A DNA stretch of 64,000 bases. Origin: Octopus vulgaris (taxonomy: Eukaryota). This document shows positions 17,415 to 32,216 of the stretch, in pieces. Every line of letters starts with the position of its first letter. Positions within the stretch are counted from its first letter, which is position 1. Location: contig OX597828.1 in assembly GCA_951406725.2 (NCBI GenBank), forward strand, positions 73,780,001 to 73,844,000. The letters run 5' to 3'. The notes beneath the pieces were generated by a model, which worked only from the letters and a program-made list of their open reading frames with translations, was not told the origin of the DNA and searched no databases. The position numbers and the translations under genes were made by a program.

Positions 17415-19648
17415 TTCTCGCTGTCTCCCTCTCTCTCTCTCTCTTTCTCTTTCTGTTTCTCACTCACTCACTCTATTGCTCTCTTATAAAATCTGGCGAC
17501 GAAGGTGATAAAATAGCAAAACAGCAAAGCTAAAACATTAACATCCAATTGAAATAAAAACTAAATCATGCAACTAAAGAAAAAAATCTAACATCCAATT
17601 GTATGTTTAATTCAAGAAATTCTTCTTCCTTTTTTCTTCTTCAGAATTTACAATGAAGAACGCCAAAAGTAAGGCGGTTTATGATTCACTTGTTATCAAT
17701 GTTGAATCTAGTCTTGACACCACATCGAAATTGTGAGAGAAGACACACAACAGAAAGTAGTTTTATGTTTTCGTTTGTTTGTTCGTTAAATCTAGTTCTT
17801 TGCGACAAACTTTCAATTTTTATTTGAAAACAGTTTCGCTTCAGATACCCTCAGTGATTCACTCACCAATATGCCGTAAACATTATCTCGCAAATGAAAA
17901 ATTTGAGATATCGTCCATTGATTATTTTTATTGAAAGTAGTCAAAATGAAAGACATGAAGAAAATCTAAGAACTTTTGAAGCGAAACTATCCAAAAAGAC
18001 GATAATGGCAGAAATAAATCTGGTCATTCCAAAAAAGAACAATATTCTGCATTGAAGAATAAAAGAAGGGGAGGTTACGACTGGATCACCTTTGATCATA
18101 ATTATACACTTTCATAACTACGGTTAGCCTTTACCTAAAAACACCAATCAAGGGATCCCAGTTATTTATTTTTTACTCTTATAAGACAGGTCACGGCTGG
18201 AATATTTTAAAGTCTGCAGTACCAGGAATGATTCGGGCTAAAAAATAACGATAGGCACATTAGAAAATGTAGTCTTGGATAAACTGTGTCTAAAATAAGG
18301 ACAAGTCATGGCTGGAATGTCCTTGTTGTCTTTAGTGCCAGAGATGACGATACCGACGACGACGTCGCCAGTGCTAAGTGTTTATAACAAATCAGTTTGT
18401 TTTGATATGTAGTGTAGGCAACGGTCTAAATATATTCGGTCAAGTCCTGCAAAATTAAGAGACAAACTTGATTAGATTGATTCTGTTATGTTAACGTGGA
18501 AATACTCTCAGATACGACAATATATTACGGAAAAAATCGCTAAAACTCTGGCGATACAAATTAATTAGATCACCTGAGCGAAGGAGAGAAGGTCAATATG
18601 TGGTCGCAATAGTAGCTAGAAATATAAGTCAAATCTTCCTTAATCCTTACAGACATTACGTTTTACAGCTTGGTGAAGGGTAGCACCCGTAATCCTTTAT
18701 TTTCCAGAACATCTATGACAGTTAGAAATAAGAATCAAAACTATAATCATGACTGAAGTTCTGGTCTAAATTCTACTCAAGGTACCCTGGGTACTTTGTG
18801 ATGGCGTTAAACTGGGTGATAGATTAAGTCTACACTCCAATCATGCAAATCGCAAGGGACTGAAGCAAACGCGACAATGCATTTATTGCAAATGCCTAAA
18901 CACGGCCCACAATTCACTTGGATTGGTAGTTAATACTATCGACTCTGAAAGATAAAAAAAACAACGTTCACCGCGGCGGGATTTGAACTCACAATACAGA
19001 CTGCTGCAGCAAATGCTACAAATCATTCTGCTCTAACAATTGCGCCCAATTCGACATTTCATAGACCGAAAGGCACATTGACAGACATAGTCGTCGCAAC
19101 ACTATGTATGAATAAAAACCGATGGAATGATCACAATTGGAACTTCATTAATCACAGTTCTTCCCCTTCAGTACATTCCTGAAGGGGGCATAAAGCAACA
19201 ACGTCCTTTATGGTGTTCTTATAAGACCACACATAACATTGTGTACTAGTAAAATGTAACTAACCATCTTCCAGAGAGTTTCATTATACTGTCCATCTTA
19301 AATGAATTAAAGTAAATACCTTCCTTGTTAGTAAAAAACAAAATTCCATAATGCTTTAATAGATCGACTATTCCAAGAGAAAGGACGGCCCTCACGCAAC
19401 TCTGTAATCCTAGGAACATATTTCAAGAAGTTACTGAAGCCACCAAATAGTAGCGAGCCTGACACAAGGCATCGAAACAGCAAGGAATCCCAAACGACAG
19501 CTGGCGAAGAGGCTATTCACTTTCTCTTATCAGATTATTCGTATTTCCTATTGTTTGGCGCCCTTTCACTTTATGTTATGCGTAAAATCCGTCATATTAT
19601 TTTCCTATATTATACATACACAGACAGACAAACACGCACAAATACACA

Positions 19649-19757
<109 letters not shown>

Positions 19758-19860
19758 TGTGTGTGTGTGTCCGCATATATCGGCATGTCAGATGTATCAT
19801 ATATGTATTTATCAAGTACATATACTTCCACATACAAATGTACGCACACATGCACATGCA

Positions 19861-19904
<44 letters not shown>

Positions 19905-19964
19905 TTACATATACGTTTAAACGCATATGCATAAATATGTTTTATGAATACATATTTAAATATT

Positions 19965-20367
19965 TATTCTTTTCTACTCTAAACACAAGGCCCGAAATTT
20001 TAAGGGCAGGGGTCCAGTCGATTGGATCGACGCCAGTACCCAACTGGTACATAATTTAACAACCCCGGAAGGATGAAAGGCAAAGTCGATTTCGGCAGAA
20101 TTTGAACTCAGAACGTAGCGGCAGACGAAATACCTATTTCTTTACTACCCACAAGGGGCTAAACACAGAGAGGACAAACATGGACGGAGAAACGGATTAC
20201 GTCGATTATATCGACTCCAGTGTGTAACTGGTACTTATATAATCGAACCCGAAAGGATGAAAGGCAAAGTCGACCTCGGCGGAATTTGAACTCAGAACGT
20301 AGCGGCAGACGAAATACTGCTAAGCATTTCGCCTGGCATGCTAACGTTTCTGCCAGCTCGCTACCTT
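19965..20367 (-). mobile_element. SINE family B, dimeric body
   Basis: Reverse complement of 29628-30033. Confidence 0.9.
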
Positions 20368-20420
20368 ATATTTAAATAGATATTATGTATATAATATATA
20401 TAATAATGTATTTTATATGA

Positions 20421-20466
<46 letters not shown>

Positions 20467-20950
20467 CATATAATATATAATACGTATTATATATATATAT
20501 ATAAGTTGTATGAGGCCTGTGTAAATATATTTTATGTATGTATGTGTGAGAGTGAGCATGCATATCACAACTATACGCTTCATATGCCCGATTTGGCGCG
20601 TGTGTGTTTAAAATTCCATATACCAGAAGTCTTCTCGGTAATATTGCGTAGGAACATAAATTAAAAGTTAAATATGTCCTTGAATATCGATGGAATTTTA
20701 ATTAAGTTTGTTGGAAAATATTAGAAAATAATAATTAATAATTCTAATTTTTTATTGTTTAATTCTCTGGTGGCTTACTCTATTCTATTTTATTCTTTCT
20801 ACTGTTGTTGCCGTTGTTATTCCGATCGCATTTGTTGGTAGATGGCGTTGCGGTGGGTTTTGGTAATTTGGTATATTTTACCTTTGTGCGCATGCTTGGG
20901 AAATAATGAAAATTTGACGGAAATATACGTACATATGTATAAATAGATCT

Positions 20951-20996
<46 letters not shown>

Positions 20997-21579
20997 TTAT
21001 ATCTAGATATGTTGTGTGCGTGTTTGTGTTTAACGTCTAAGAAACTAATTTAGATTTTCTTGTATATATTCTTTCAATTAAAATTACACATTCATATTAT
21101 GTTTCTAGCAATCAATATTTTTCTCCATATCTTCTTCACGATTTATTTTTTCTTTCATTTAATCTCCTCATTGTTAATACTCTATAAGCAAAGTTTGTTT
21201 AAAATTAATAACTTCTTTGTCAATAATGACCTCATGACCAGTTGGAGCATATACATGACTTCAGGAATATTAAGAATCGAAGAAAAATATAGACATTCGT
21301 ATTCTAAGACTAAACCAAAAGAAGTTACAAAGCTAAAAATTATAAATTTAACCGACTTGTAACATTGAAACTTTATTCATAAATCACATGCATTTCGTAA
21401 GATAGACTCCAAAATAGTAAAGCAAAAATATCTAGCACGTAAACCTAAACATAGCGATAGATTAGAATCTTTACTTAAACGTGAAGTGCTGGAAAATTAT
21501 TAGGCTTATTTCACACACACACACACACACAGACACACACACATACACACATACATACACATATACACACACACATATA

Positions 21580-21916
21580 CAAACTTTACATATACGTTTA
21601 AACGCATATGCATAAATATGTTTTATGAATACATATTTAAAGATTTATTCTTTTCTACTCTAAGCACAAGGCCCGAAATTTTAGGGGCAGGGGTTCAGTC
21701 GATTGGATCGACGCCAGTACCCACCTGGTACTTAATTTAACAACCCCGAAAGGATGAAAGGCAAAGTCGATTTCGGCAGAATTTGAACTAAGAAAGTAGC
21801 GGCAGACGAAATACCTATTTCTTTACTACCCACAAGGGGGTAAACACAGAAGGGACAAACATGGACGGACAAACGGATTACGTCGATTATATCGACTCCA
21901 GTGTGTAACTGGTACT
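21580..21916 (-). repeat. Local duplicate of 19898-20235 (truncated SINE B plus its unique 3' flank)
   Basis: About 340 bp with about 13 substitutions, including the non-SINE flank caaactttacatatacgtttaaacgcatatgc. Confidence 0.9.
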
Positions 21917-22517
21917 AAATGCAAGTTACTCAGTCTTGTGATTACGAAGATCAGAATAGTCAATGAAATGTTCTTAAATGCTATTACTGAAAATATTAAG
22001 AACATAGCCTAACTCTAACAGTGGAATTATGGTAGAACCATCATTAACTGATTTAAATTAGTAACAACGAACAGAAACAACATTCATCTCATTTGATATT
22101 GTCAAACATGATATCTCTATTCTAAAATATTTTTCCACCAATGTCGTTGAAATTGATAAGATGAAATTGATAAGAGACTATACATGACAATGGTGTAATA
22201 TCATTATATCTATATTGAGAAAATATTTTTATGAACATTTTGCTAGTATTAACAACACATTTTTTTAATGCGTTCAACGGATGCATGGAGTCGTGCGACA
22301 GTGCTTTACAATATGATATCGTAGAAGAATTTAACAGCGATATACAAAGCCTTATATAGTGATAACAGTCTGGTCACATTGCAACCCTCAAACTATCATT
22401 TATTGGAAACGCTAGAGAAATATTTGTTAAACTTTTTTTTATAATTTGGGACTGAAAATAGCTGTCGCCATTAACAAGAAAACTGTAATCGTTTTAGAAC
22501 TATTTTTCAATGTGAAG

Positions 22518-22828
22518 GCTAATGGCTTACTTGTAAGGGTGTTCGGCTCACGATAGTATGGTTGTGATTCCGATTCCTGGCGACATGTTGTGTTCTTGAG
22601 CAAGACACTTTATTTCACGTTGCTCCAGTCCACTCAGCTGGCAAAAGTGAGTAGTACCTTTATTTCAAAGGTCCGGTCTTGTCACACTCAGCGAATTTCC
22701 CTGAGAACTGCATTTAGTGTACATATGTCTCTGGAAAGTTCAGCCATTTACACGTCAATTTCACGAGCAAGCTGTTCCGCTGATCGGATCACCTGGAACC
22801 CTCGTCGTCGTAATCGACGGGCTGTCAC
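22518..22828 (+). mobile_element. tRNA-derived SINE family C
   Basis: Degenerate A/B boxes followed by the SINE-type body tgtgttcttgagcaagacacttta..ttgctccagtccactcagctg. Confidence 0.65.
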
Positions 22829-25800
22829 TCTCCTATACAAACAAAACCAAACTATATTGGAAATAACAAATATCAAAAATATATTAATAAATATTCCTAG
22901 TACACGTCATTGTTCTCATAAACATACCAATAGCTACAGAAGAATTTCTAATCTGCTGTCCATTAAAGCATTTTCGTAAAGAGGAAACCTTACAATAATA
23001 AAGCACATTTTTTTTATTTTCATCAGCCTTCGTGCTAAAAGCTCGTCTTAATTTCTAGAATTTTTATATTTCCAAAATGAGAAGTCTTTTACCTCAAGAA
23101 TCTGGCATCGCCATGTGAATCTCTGCCTCCAACTCGGTATATCAAAGATAATTCTTCCTTTACCAAAACGAGATGATTATTATCTAAAGAACTCAACAGT
23201 TAACGCCAAGTAAATACCATTTTCTTTTTTTTTCTTATCTTCCGTGAGCGTAATGGAAAGGATTCACACAAAACCAGTTCTAATTAACGAATATTGCAAC
23301 ACAATATACAATATATAAAATTTCAACTTCCTCCCATATTACTGGAGCGAAGATTGTGTTATTCTAAAATTTCAATCTTTCATTTACATAGACTTACTTC
23401 ATTTACATATATTTATCTCAAAACCGAATATTGTAATTAATGAGTAATGGTTTACGTCTCTTTCAATGACGTCATTCACTCAAGTGTGATCGGAATACTT
23501 GATATGCATTTGTAAATTGTTCTTTATAAGTGGAAATGAGAGATATTTGTCGACATAGGTTTCACTTCGTCTGTTCTTCATCCCCAAAATTTTACAAAAT
23601 GATACTTAAAACCACGAAGAATATTCACTAACGTGTCATTTTTAAAACACACATGTTTAATTTGCGGATATATACTATCCACATGTCACAAATCCATCTC
23701 CCCCCTATTCCTCTTTCTAACTATTTTCAGGGTAGAGTTAATTCATTAATTCATAATGATAATAGAATTACGTCTCGTAGTATTGATTGCAAAATTGTTT
23801 TTTCTATAATCTGCGCTACGTTTCAATATTTATACTTCTTCGGTACATCTGCAAGGGAAATTATATAAATATCATTGGAAATTTAAATCAAAATTAAATT
23901 CTCTCAAGTTGTGTGCGATTGACATAAAATATATCGCTGGTGGTAAAGACGAAATCAAATGAAACAGATGGTCAACTAAAGATACTTACATCTGTTGTCC
24001 AGTCCGTCCCGATCGCTTATTCAATAACATTTAAATATTACTTCACTGGAAGTAATATTCTTAACTAATGACCATCTGCCCAGTTTTGTACATATGTACA
24101 TACGTTATCCATTCATGTATCCACCATGAATGACGTTATCACCATGGATGGCGTTACTTTACCACATGGTCAGAAATCACTTTCGACTAATAGCTAAAGA
24201 TTGTTTAGAGCCTAAAACGACAATTGACAATCCCTGTATGCCTATTTTCTCTTTCCGAATGAGATTCATTTATTTTCTGTTTTTAATTATCCATTCACAT
24301 TTTCACCTTCTCATCCTTCTTCTGCCATCGTTGAAACAGACAATATAGAATACTTAATGTTATTTTCCATCTCTTGTGTAACACAGAACAGGAATTAATT
24401 ACCCCAAATTCAGTCAAAGGAAATATTTGGTAAACAACCCAACTACCGGCAGGAAGAGACGGAACAAATTTGAAAAAGATGATGTAATTGTTCTTATAAC
24501 AGGAAGTAAATTAATATCATTATGAAATAAGAAATTAACGTAGGAAAATGTCCGTTGCCATCTTATAATTTTTCCTTTACTACTAACTCAAGAAAATTTC
24601 TAACCACGAAATGGAATAGATCTATGCTCCTAACTGTTAATGGTTAGTGTGATAAATGTTCATTTATAATTATCTACAAGTCTTTTGGATAACTTCAACT
24701 GTATAGTATATCATTTTAATTAACTATACAACATTTAACCGTACTCTCCAGAGAATCGATTCATTAAACCGATTTCCAATCGATACATTTCTGTGCAACT
24801 TAAATTGACCAATTTAAGTTTGGTATTATTTTATATCCACTAGAGATAAGCTGTCAATCCCTGTCGAGAGAAAATAAATGTTTCTAAGTCCACTGAAAAT
24901 CTAAGACGTGTAGAAAATAGATAGATTTGTTACAGTAATTCTATGAATAGATCGATAAAAAAAAACTTTGTGAAGTAAGATCTTTACTTACTTTTCAAAA
25001 AGGTTCAAAAATTGCGAATATACTTTTCTAAAATGTGTACTACACACTTCAAATTATTCAAAAATGTATTAATTAAGAATTAAATCCACACTGTTAGTTC
25101 ATACTATTTTATGCAAATGGACCTGACTAGTTTAGCTGGATAGCTAATGTATGAATGAACAGAGAGGTTACGTTTCCCGATGAAGACATAATAAGATCAA
25201 AAACTACCCGGAACAGTTTAGCTTTTCTGCCCGGTAGAAAATGAAACTTATTGTGTAATCTCTTTGCTTACATATCAAAAGATAGCCATAAATGGTTTGT
25301 TCATTTGAAAACGTACAACAAACAATACGTCACAAATATAGCCGTAGGCGGCCCCATCTTTTAGTACTTTAGGGAATACATTATCCAGTATGTCCTTCCC
25401 TTATTTAAGGCAGTATAGTGTTGTAGCATTTTGAAGTTTAGCCAGAAATATGCAAATAAATAAATGCAGTTTTAGAAACAAGCAGGATGGTTAAAGGTGG
25501 GACAACTTTGAGTATAGGCCTAATCAATCAATTTACCACATTGGATGATCGAACATTAAAGTAGGAATATTTATTTTCTTGTAGCTTATATAGATCGGTA
25601 AATACTTTCAATCTCTACAGAAGACGCATCCTAGCAGTGATCCGAAGTATATATGCAAGTAAATCGTGTATACACCATCGAGATAAGTTTTGTACGTATT
25701 TTATAGATTAAGAATTGATCTTCATCAAACTTAACTTCATACGAATTGAACTCCAAACGCAAAGATTCATAATAAAATATTATATATTTATGGTATCTAT

Positions 25801-27195
25801 CCGTGTTACCTGTAGACATATTAATCCTAAAAACAAGGACTGTATCAGTAGAACCGAATTTAGCACAAGAGGTTAAGCTTGAAATGGAAGCAGATGAAGG
25901 TTTTAAAGCGTCAAATGGTTATCATAATAGATATATAACCGTTCTGAACATTCTAAATGGGGAAAGATAAAAAACCTGATATGTTATGTCGAAGTTGAAT
26001 TGTTCCTCTTCTTTACTATCTCTTCAATATTTCTCTTCGGTTATATTCTGTGAAATAATCTTTAGTGTAGTTGCTTGGCTTACAGAAGAAAGAATGAGAG
26101 CGTCAGAATAGAAGCTGTACTGGAAGATAATGTTCATACGAAAATAGACTAAAGAACGTAATATTATATCTAAAATAAATGAAATAAAATATGTAAAGTT
26201 AGCGTTATCGAATGAGATAAAAAAAAGTACTGTAAGCCTTACAGTATTAATATGTATCATAGATAAGTATTAAATGATAGAAGAAACGAGAGAAAATCTC
26301 CAAGGTTAAGAAGAATCGAAATAAAGCAGCAAAATTAGCACCAAACCTGAAATAAAATAGACACTGAAAATGGAAGGAAAATGGTTCTTCAGTGTAAGAA
26401 GTTAATATCAGTTCCTTCTTTAATCTCTTGGGTTTCGGTTTATTTGGTCCTTTAATATATTTCCAGCTCTTGAAAAACAACCTTTTATCTTTTTGAAGCA
26501 ATGGACATCGTTTCTCCACCCTGACGCCTCCACATTTTCATAACAAATAACTAATCAAGTTATATTCCGTGGGTTCTAAATGCAGTCGTAGAAAATAATT
26601 GAAGGAAATAAAAAGACTTTATTGCAAGAAATGTAACACAAATTAATAAAGATGAAGTTTTCGGTGGGCAGAGATAATGCTACGAAAGCGGAATTGTGAA
26701 GATAATAAGAAATAGTTTAATGATGGTTCGATAATAATTCGATATTTAGACAGAATTCTTCAACGAGTATTTTTTATGGGTTAGATGTGTAGAAAGCTTG
26801 CGTACATATAGCCTTCTCAACGACTCCAAAACTCTGGACACTACTCATGAATTACTGCAAGTTAACAACTGTTAAATAATCATTTACAGGGAGTGATTGC
26901 CAGAAGAAAATGATCAGGGGAAGAAGGGCTGGGTAGCTGGGTGAATTATCCACACTTAAAGTTTGCTTGTGAATATTCCGGTTTACTGAAGCGATGCAAG
27001 GAGGAGAGACAAAATTCTTCTTGAACAGGACGCTAGTTTCGCGGGAAATAAGTCGCCAGACAAGACATAAAAACCGTCAAAGATAGAAGATCGATTATAA
27101 ATTTTATTTCACCTCGAGGTAGACTAACATGAATAACAATTTTGTCTGTTCTTTCCCTCGAAGTTTAGCACATGCCATCTCCTTTAGAAGATAAC

Positions 27196-27371
27196 GAGTG
27201 GCTGTGTGGTAAGTAGCTTGCTTACGAACCACATGGTTCCGGGTTCAGTCCCACTGCGTGGCACCTTGGGCAAGTATCTTCTACTATAGCCCGGGGCCGA
27301 CCAAAGCCTTATGAGTGGATTTGGTAGACGGAAACTGAAAGAATCCCGTCGAATATATATATATATATATG

Positions 27372-27431
<60 letters not shown>

Positions 27432-27633
27432 TGTGTCTGGGTTTGTCCCTCCAGCATCGCTTGACAACCGATTCTGGTGTGTTTACGTCCCCGTAACTGA
27501 GCGGTTCCGCAAAAGAGACCGATAGAATAAGTACTAGGCTTACAAAGAATAAGTCTCGTGGTCGATTTGCTAGACTAAAGGCGGTGCTCCAGCATGGCTA
27601 CTGTCAAATGACTGAAACAAGTAAAAGAGTAAA
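27196..27633 (+). mobile_element. SINE family A
   Basis: Box A tggctgtgtgg, box B ggttcagtccc, ccttgggcaag body, internal (TA)(TG)n, gtaaaagag tail. Confidence 0.92.
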
Positions 27634-27844
27634 CAATTGTTTCCTCCATCAGAAGATGAAATCGAGGAATTGATAAGATAATGACTTAGCAACTCTCACA
27701 AGAGAAATTCCCACCCGAAGCAGGTATTTCCGTTCTATGACTCAACAATTCACTTTAATCCTTTGGGTATTTTCTGGTGACCCAAATTTCGACCACAACA
27801 AAATGTCTAATAGGAGAAAGATGATTTCGTATAGATAATTATTA

Positions 27845-28446
27845 TGTCCTCAGGCTGTTGCACACTAAATTTCCAGCAGCAGCGATTATTTGGGAAGTGG
27901 TGAGCAACAACGACATGCCATGTCACCTTACATCGTTCCACAGAGTCTCAGAATTAGTGCCGCTGGCTACGTTGAGGCGCTGGAGGAAGTTGTTAAGCCT
28001 TGTATGGATGCAGTACGCAGTGGAATGCTATTTGTGCTTCAATCAGACTCGGCTCTTTCTCACAAAACCCACATAAACCAAGAAAGGATATAAAGCAATC
28101 TTGATAATCGCGTGACACGTAACTTATGCCTTCCAAAATCGTCAGACTTAAATTCCTTGGACAATTACAATAGAGACAAATTTGAAAGGGAAATTAATCG
28201 AATCCTTCACAATAGCATACCTTCACTAGAAGCTGCCACCGTCCAGATAATGTCCAAAATAAATAAGTTCAGGCATGCCAATGATTCTGGCCCTACACTG
28301 AAGCACTCATCTTAGCTGGAGGCGGATTCACAGAATAATTTTGCAAAATCCAAAACGGGAACGCGCGCAATTTCTTCTTTAAATACGTTTGTCTTTTTCT
28401 TGATAAAATTTGTTTTGCTAAATTACCAAATTTGTCCTCAAACACC
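27845..28446 (+). mobile_element. Decayed Tc1/mariner-superfamily transposase, C-terminal part
   Basis: HTKFPAAAIIWEVVS; FVLQSDSALSHKT (cf. FQQDxAPxH); PKSSDLNSLDNY (cf. SPDLNPLDY). Confidence 0.8.
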
Positions 28447-28666
28447 ACTCGCATATTTTGTGTATGCACGTGTCCTTGCGTATCTCTGTGCATGTATACG
28501 TTTGTGAATATGTATGCTTGTATATATATATATTTATATATATATATTTATATATAGAGGGCGTTAATATACATAAATGCTACCTGCTAGGAGGGACTTT
28601 CAATGATATATATATATAGAGAGAGATATATAGATATAGATATAGATAGATAGATACATGCATATA

Positions 28667-28705
<39 letters not shown>

Positions 28706-28891
28706 AAATATATATATGTATATATGTATGTTTGTATATCTATTTCATATTATACGCATATACACCTACAATCAAGCACGTACATTCATACACAATCACA
28801 GGCAAACATATACAAATTTATATATAAATATGGTTTTGCATTTTATGTGTATGAGAGTGTTTGTGTGTGTTGTGTATGTGTGTTGTGTGTA

Positions 28892-28935
<44 letters not shown>

Positions 28936-29627
28936 GTAGATGCATGTGTTAACATGTATGTGAATGGGAATAACCAGATACGTTTTGTGTTAGCTGGTAT
29001 CTTATTTCAAAGACGATGACAGAAGTCTTAGAATCATTTGTTGGAATTCTGTGTAACATATGTAATATAATGACCCGCCATAATGACAAATATGGAGACA
29101 TATCCTCCGCAAAACATGAAACCAAGAAGGAACTCATTTAGAAATATTCCGTATAAAATAGGCAATATTTGAAACTAGAACTTTACATATACTATCTTCC
29201 GGATATCACCAAAGATCCAATACCAGTTCAAATAACAGCTAATTATATTGGTCATTCTATATCTTGCATCGTAAGCAGTGGAGGAGTAGCTTACATGGAG
29301 AGAAAAATGCCAATCTTTCTAGAAATTTCGAAACATGTTATAATGATCTCAAATAGAGGTCGGCGGTACAGTAATTTTCACACATTTTCTAAGATGCCTT
29401 TCGCTGTATTTACAGACATTGTCCTGCGTTCAGATTCCACCGAGGTTAACTTTGCTTTTCATAGTTCCAGGGTTGACAATATTAGATCCAGCTGAGCACG
29501 TGTAATCAAAGAACACTTTTCGTTAAAACTGCTGCCATTGAACCAAAATTAGAAAGAACTCTTCTTGTTCTTTTTCTTCATCACAATCATCATCATCATC
29601 ACTTTTTCATTATTTTTTAGGGTGGAT

Positions 29628-30033
29628 AAGGCGGCGAGCTCGCAGAAACGTTAGCATACCGGGTGAAATGCGTAGCCTTATTTCGTCAGCCGTTACGCTC
29701 TGAGTTCAAATTCCGTCGGGGTCGACTTTGCCTTTCATCCTTTCGGGGTCGATAAATTAAGTACCAGTTACGCACTGGGGTCGATGTAATCGACTTAATC
29801 CGTTTGTCTGTCCTTGTTTGTCCTCTCTGTGTTTAGCCCCTTGTGGATAGTAAAGAAATAGGTATTTCGTCTGTCGCTACGTTCTGAGTTCAAATCAGCC
29901 GAAATCGGCTTTTCCTTTCATCCTTTCGGGGTCGATAAATTAAGTACCAGTTGCGTACTGGGGTCGATAGAATCGACTAGCCCCCTCCCCAAAAGTTTCA
30001 GGCCTTGTGCCTATAGTAGAAAGAATTATTATT
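29628..30033 (+). mobile_element. SINE family B, full length with duplicated body
   Basis: aggcggcgagct head, box B-like gagttcaaattcc, body repeated at about 29862; further fragments near 575, 12715, 30480, 31208, 45925, 51714(-), 55135. Confidence 0.9.
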
Positions 30034-30425
30034 GAGGGTGAGGGAGGAGGGTCTGCCCTCGAGTGATTTTAACGAAGGTGGGTGAAAGTTGCGAAAATGG
30101 CAAGTGAGTGTACACTTGTGAGTTGGAGAAAAGGAATTGGAGAGGGCACTTGTTCAAGATCTTGGACAGCGAGGTCCCTCTATTATACCAAGAGGTCAAC
30201 CTGTACGAGAAGGACTACATCCCAATCTCCCCACCCCACCACCTTTTTTAACCTTTGTACCAGTATGTCAATTTCCCTTCCTCTGCATAGCATGCTTTGT
30301 ATATTTACTCTTTATTTTTTAGTTATTTATATATTCTATCCTTTCATTATATGTAAACTGCCGCACTTTATATCTGTATTTGCATTACCCCTCTCATATT
30401 TCGCCCTGCAGGCAAATAGATGAAA
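30034..30425 (+). mobile_element. 3' end of a Tx1/L1-like LINE, same family as 32935-33398
   Basis: ggtgggtgaaagttgcgaaaatggcaag and ggagaaaaggaattggagagggcact match the reverse complement of 33035-33130. Confidence 0.6.
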
Positions 30426-30660
30426 TTGCTATCATCATTATTATTATCATTGTTATTATTATAATCATTATTATTATTATGCTTAGCGGTATTTCGCCTG
30501 TCGGTACGTCCAGAGTTCAAATTCCGCCGAGGTCAACTTTGCCTTTCATACCTTCGGGGTCGATTAAATAAGTATCAGTTACACATTGAGGTCGATGTAA
30601 TCGTCTTAATCCACTCCCCCAAGCTGTCCTTGTGGCAAAAATTTGAAATTGATATTATTA

Positions 30661-30739
<79 letters not shown>

Positions 30740-30780
30740 TATTATTATTATTACTATTATTATTATTACTATTACTATTA

Positions 30781-31115
30781 TTACCCCCACCTTAGCGAAG
30801 GCGGGGGTATTGTTTTCAGTCGTGTTTGTTTATTTGTCCGTGGACAAGATATCTCAAGAACCGCTGGATAGATTCGGATAAAACTTTCAGGGATGTTTGG
30901 CCACGTGACTGGCACGAAGTGACAAGGATTCTGGAAAATTTTTCCGTTTTTGTTATTTAATTTTTGAGAGCTGTCGGGTTCACTTTTAGTACTCTTGTTT
31001 GTGAGAGCAGTCGAGACTATTTCAGATATTCTCATTTTAAAAATCATCTCCGGGTAATCGTTGAGAGGACGTTGGTGTTGCCTTGGCGCAGATTTGCGCT
31101 CTCTGAGTGCTCTTA
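30781..31115 (+). mobile_element. Helentron-associated non-autonomous element (HINE/DINE-like)
   Basis: 5' acccccacc..ggcgggggt, (gttt)n, 3' ccttggcgcaga plus hairpin gcgctc-tct-gagtgc, inserted in (TTA)n. Confidence 0.65.
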
Positions 31116-31169
31116 TTACTCTTGTTCTTGTTGTTGTTATTATTATTATTATTATTATTGTTATTATTA

Positions 31170-31209
<40 letters not shown>

Positions 31210-31489
31210 GAGTTCAAATTCCGGCAAGGTCGACTTTGCCTTTCATTCTTTCGGGGTTGATAAAGTAAGTACCAGTTGAATAGTGGGGTCGATATAATCG
31301 GCTCATCCTCCCCACCAAAACAAATTGCCGCCCTTGTGGCAAAATTTGAAATCATTATTATCATTGTTATCATTGTTGTTGTTGTTGTTACTGAAACACG
31401 AGTTTACATGAAGACTGCGAACTGGCAGAATCTTGGCCATGCCGGGATAAGTGCATAGCAGCATTTGGTCCGTCGTTACGTTGAGTTAA

Positions 31490-31840
31490 AACCAATCCCA
31501 AAATATGAAAGCAATATTAACTCTCAGAGACTCACAGACTTCTACTCTCACCCAGAGATATATATCCACAAATTCATCTCAAAGAACGATAAACTACACA
31601 CATCTGCGACGATTTCATCTCAATCGAAGGAGAGGGGCTTTCTCCGTCCGGGTTGTGGGTCCGTGGAATAAGCTGCCGGACGAGATGGTGAGGATGCCGA
31701 CGACCTATCGGTTCAAAGTCTCCCTTGACCACAAGTGGCCTGAACTCTTTACATGAACACCACCCTGTACATAACTCCATGTCCCCCTACATGGCCTTGC
31801 TTTTTGCTTTTTGAGCCAAAAAATCAACTAACTAACTAAC
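31490..31840 (+). mobile_element. CR1-clade LINE 3' end with (TAAC)n tail
   Basis: RRGAFSVRVVGPWNKLP..FKVSLD*; 3' UTR near-identical to 40260-40330 (-). Confidence 0.85.
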
Positions 31841-32216
31841 ATGCTCCCCCTCCAATACGCACACATATACACACCCTCGTCCACACGCACAAACAACGTT
31901 TGTGGCAAACAATAAACACATCAAAACAAGAAAATATTTTTTTAAGAATTTTAATTATTCTTTTAAGCAATATTAAAATGCGATTTCTGAGCAGAAAACT
32001 CTTAAAATTAAAAGTAGGAAGAAAGACAGAAAGAAAGAAAGAAAGAAAATAATAAAGGAAAAACGAGTATGAATGAAAGAAGGTGAGAATGAAAAACTCT
32101 TTCGTAAACAGTAAACAGTGAAAGTTTAACAGGAAATGGCGTTACATTGTTAGCAATGATGAAATACAATTAAGGTCTGTAAGAAAGAAGCAAAAGTACC
32201 AAAAACAACAGCAAGA

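Larger units (their letters stand above)
21240..23010 (+). pseudogene. Highly decayed Penelope-like reverse transcriptase, interrupted by later insertions
   Basis: TTFISFDIV (~22080); LYSDNSL...LGLKIAVAINKKTV (~22350-22500, cf. GLYRDDGL..GLKITI); YINKYS and RRISNL (~22880-22960). Confidence 0.6.

Noticed and set aside
24400-26520. Possible decayed PLE ORFs
   Set aside because: Too degenerate to assign by eye
27196-27270. tRNA gene-like A/B boxes
   Set aside because: These are SINE heads with no complete cloverleaf
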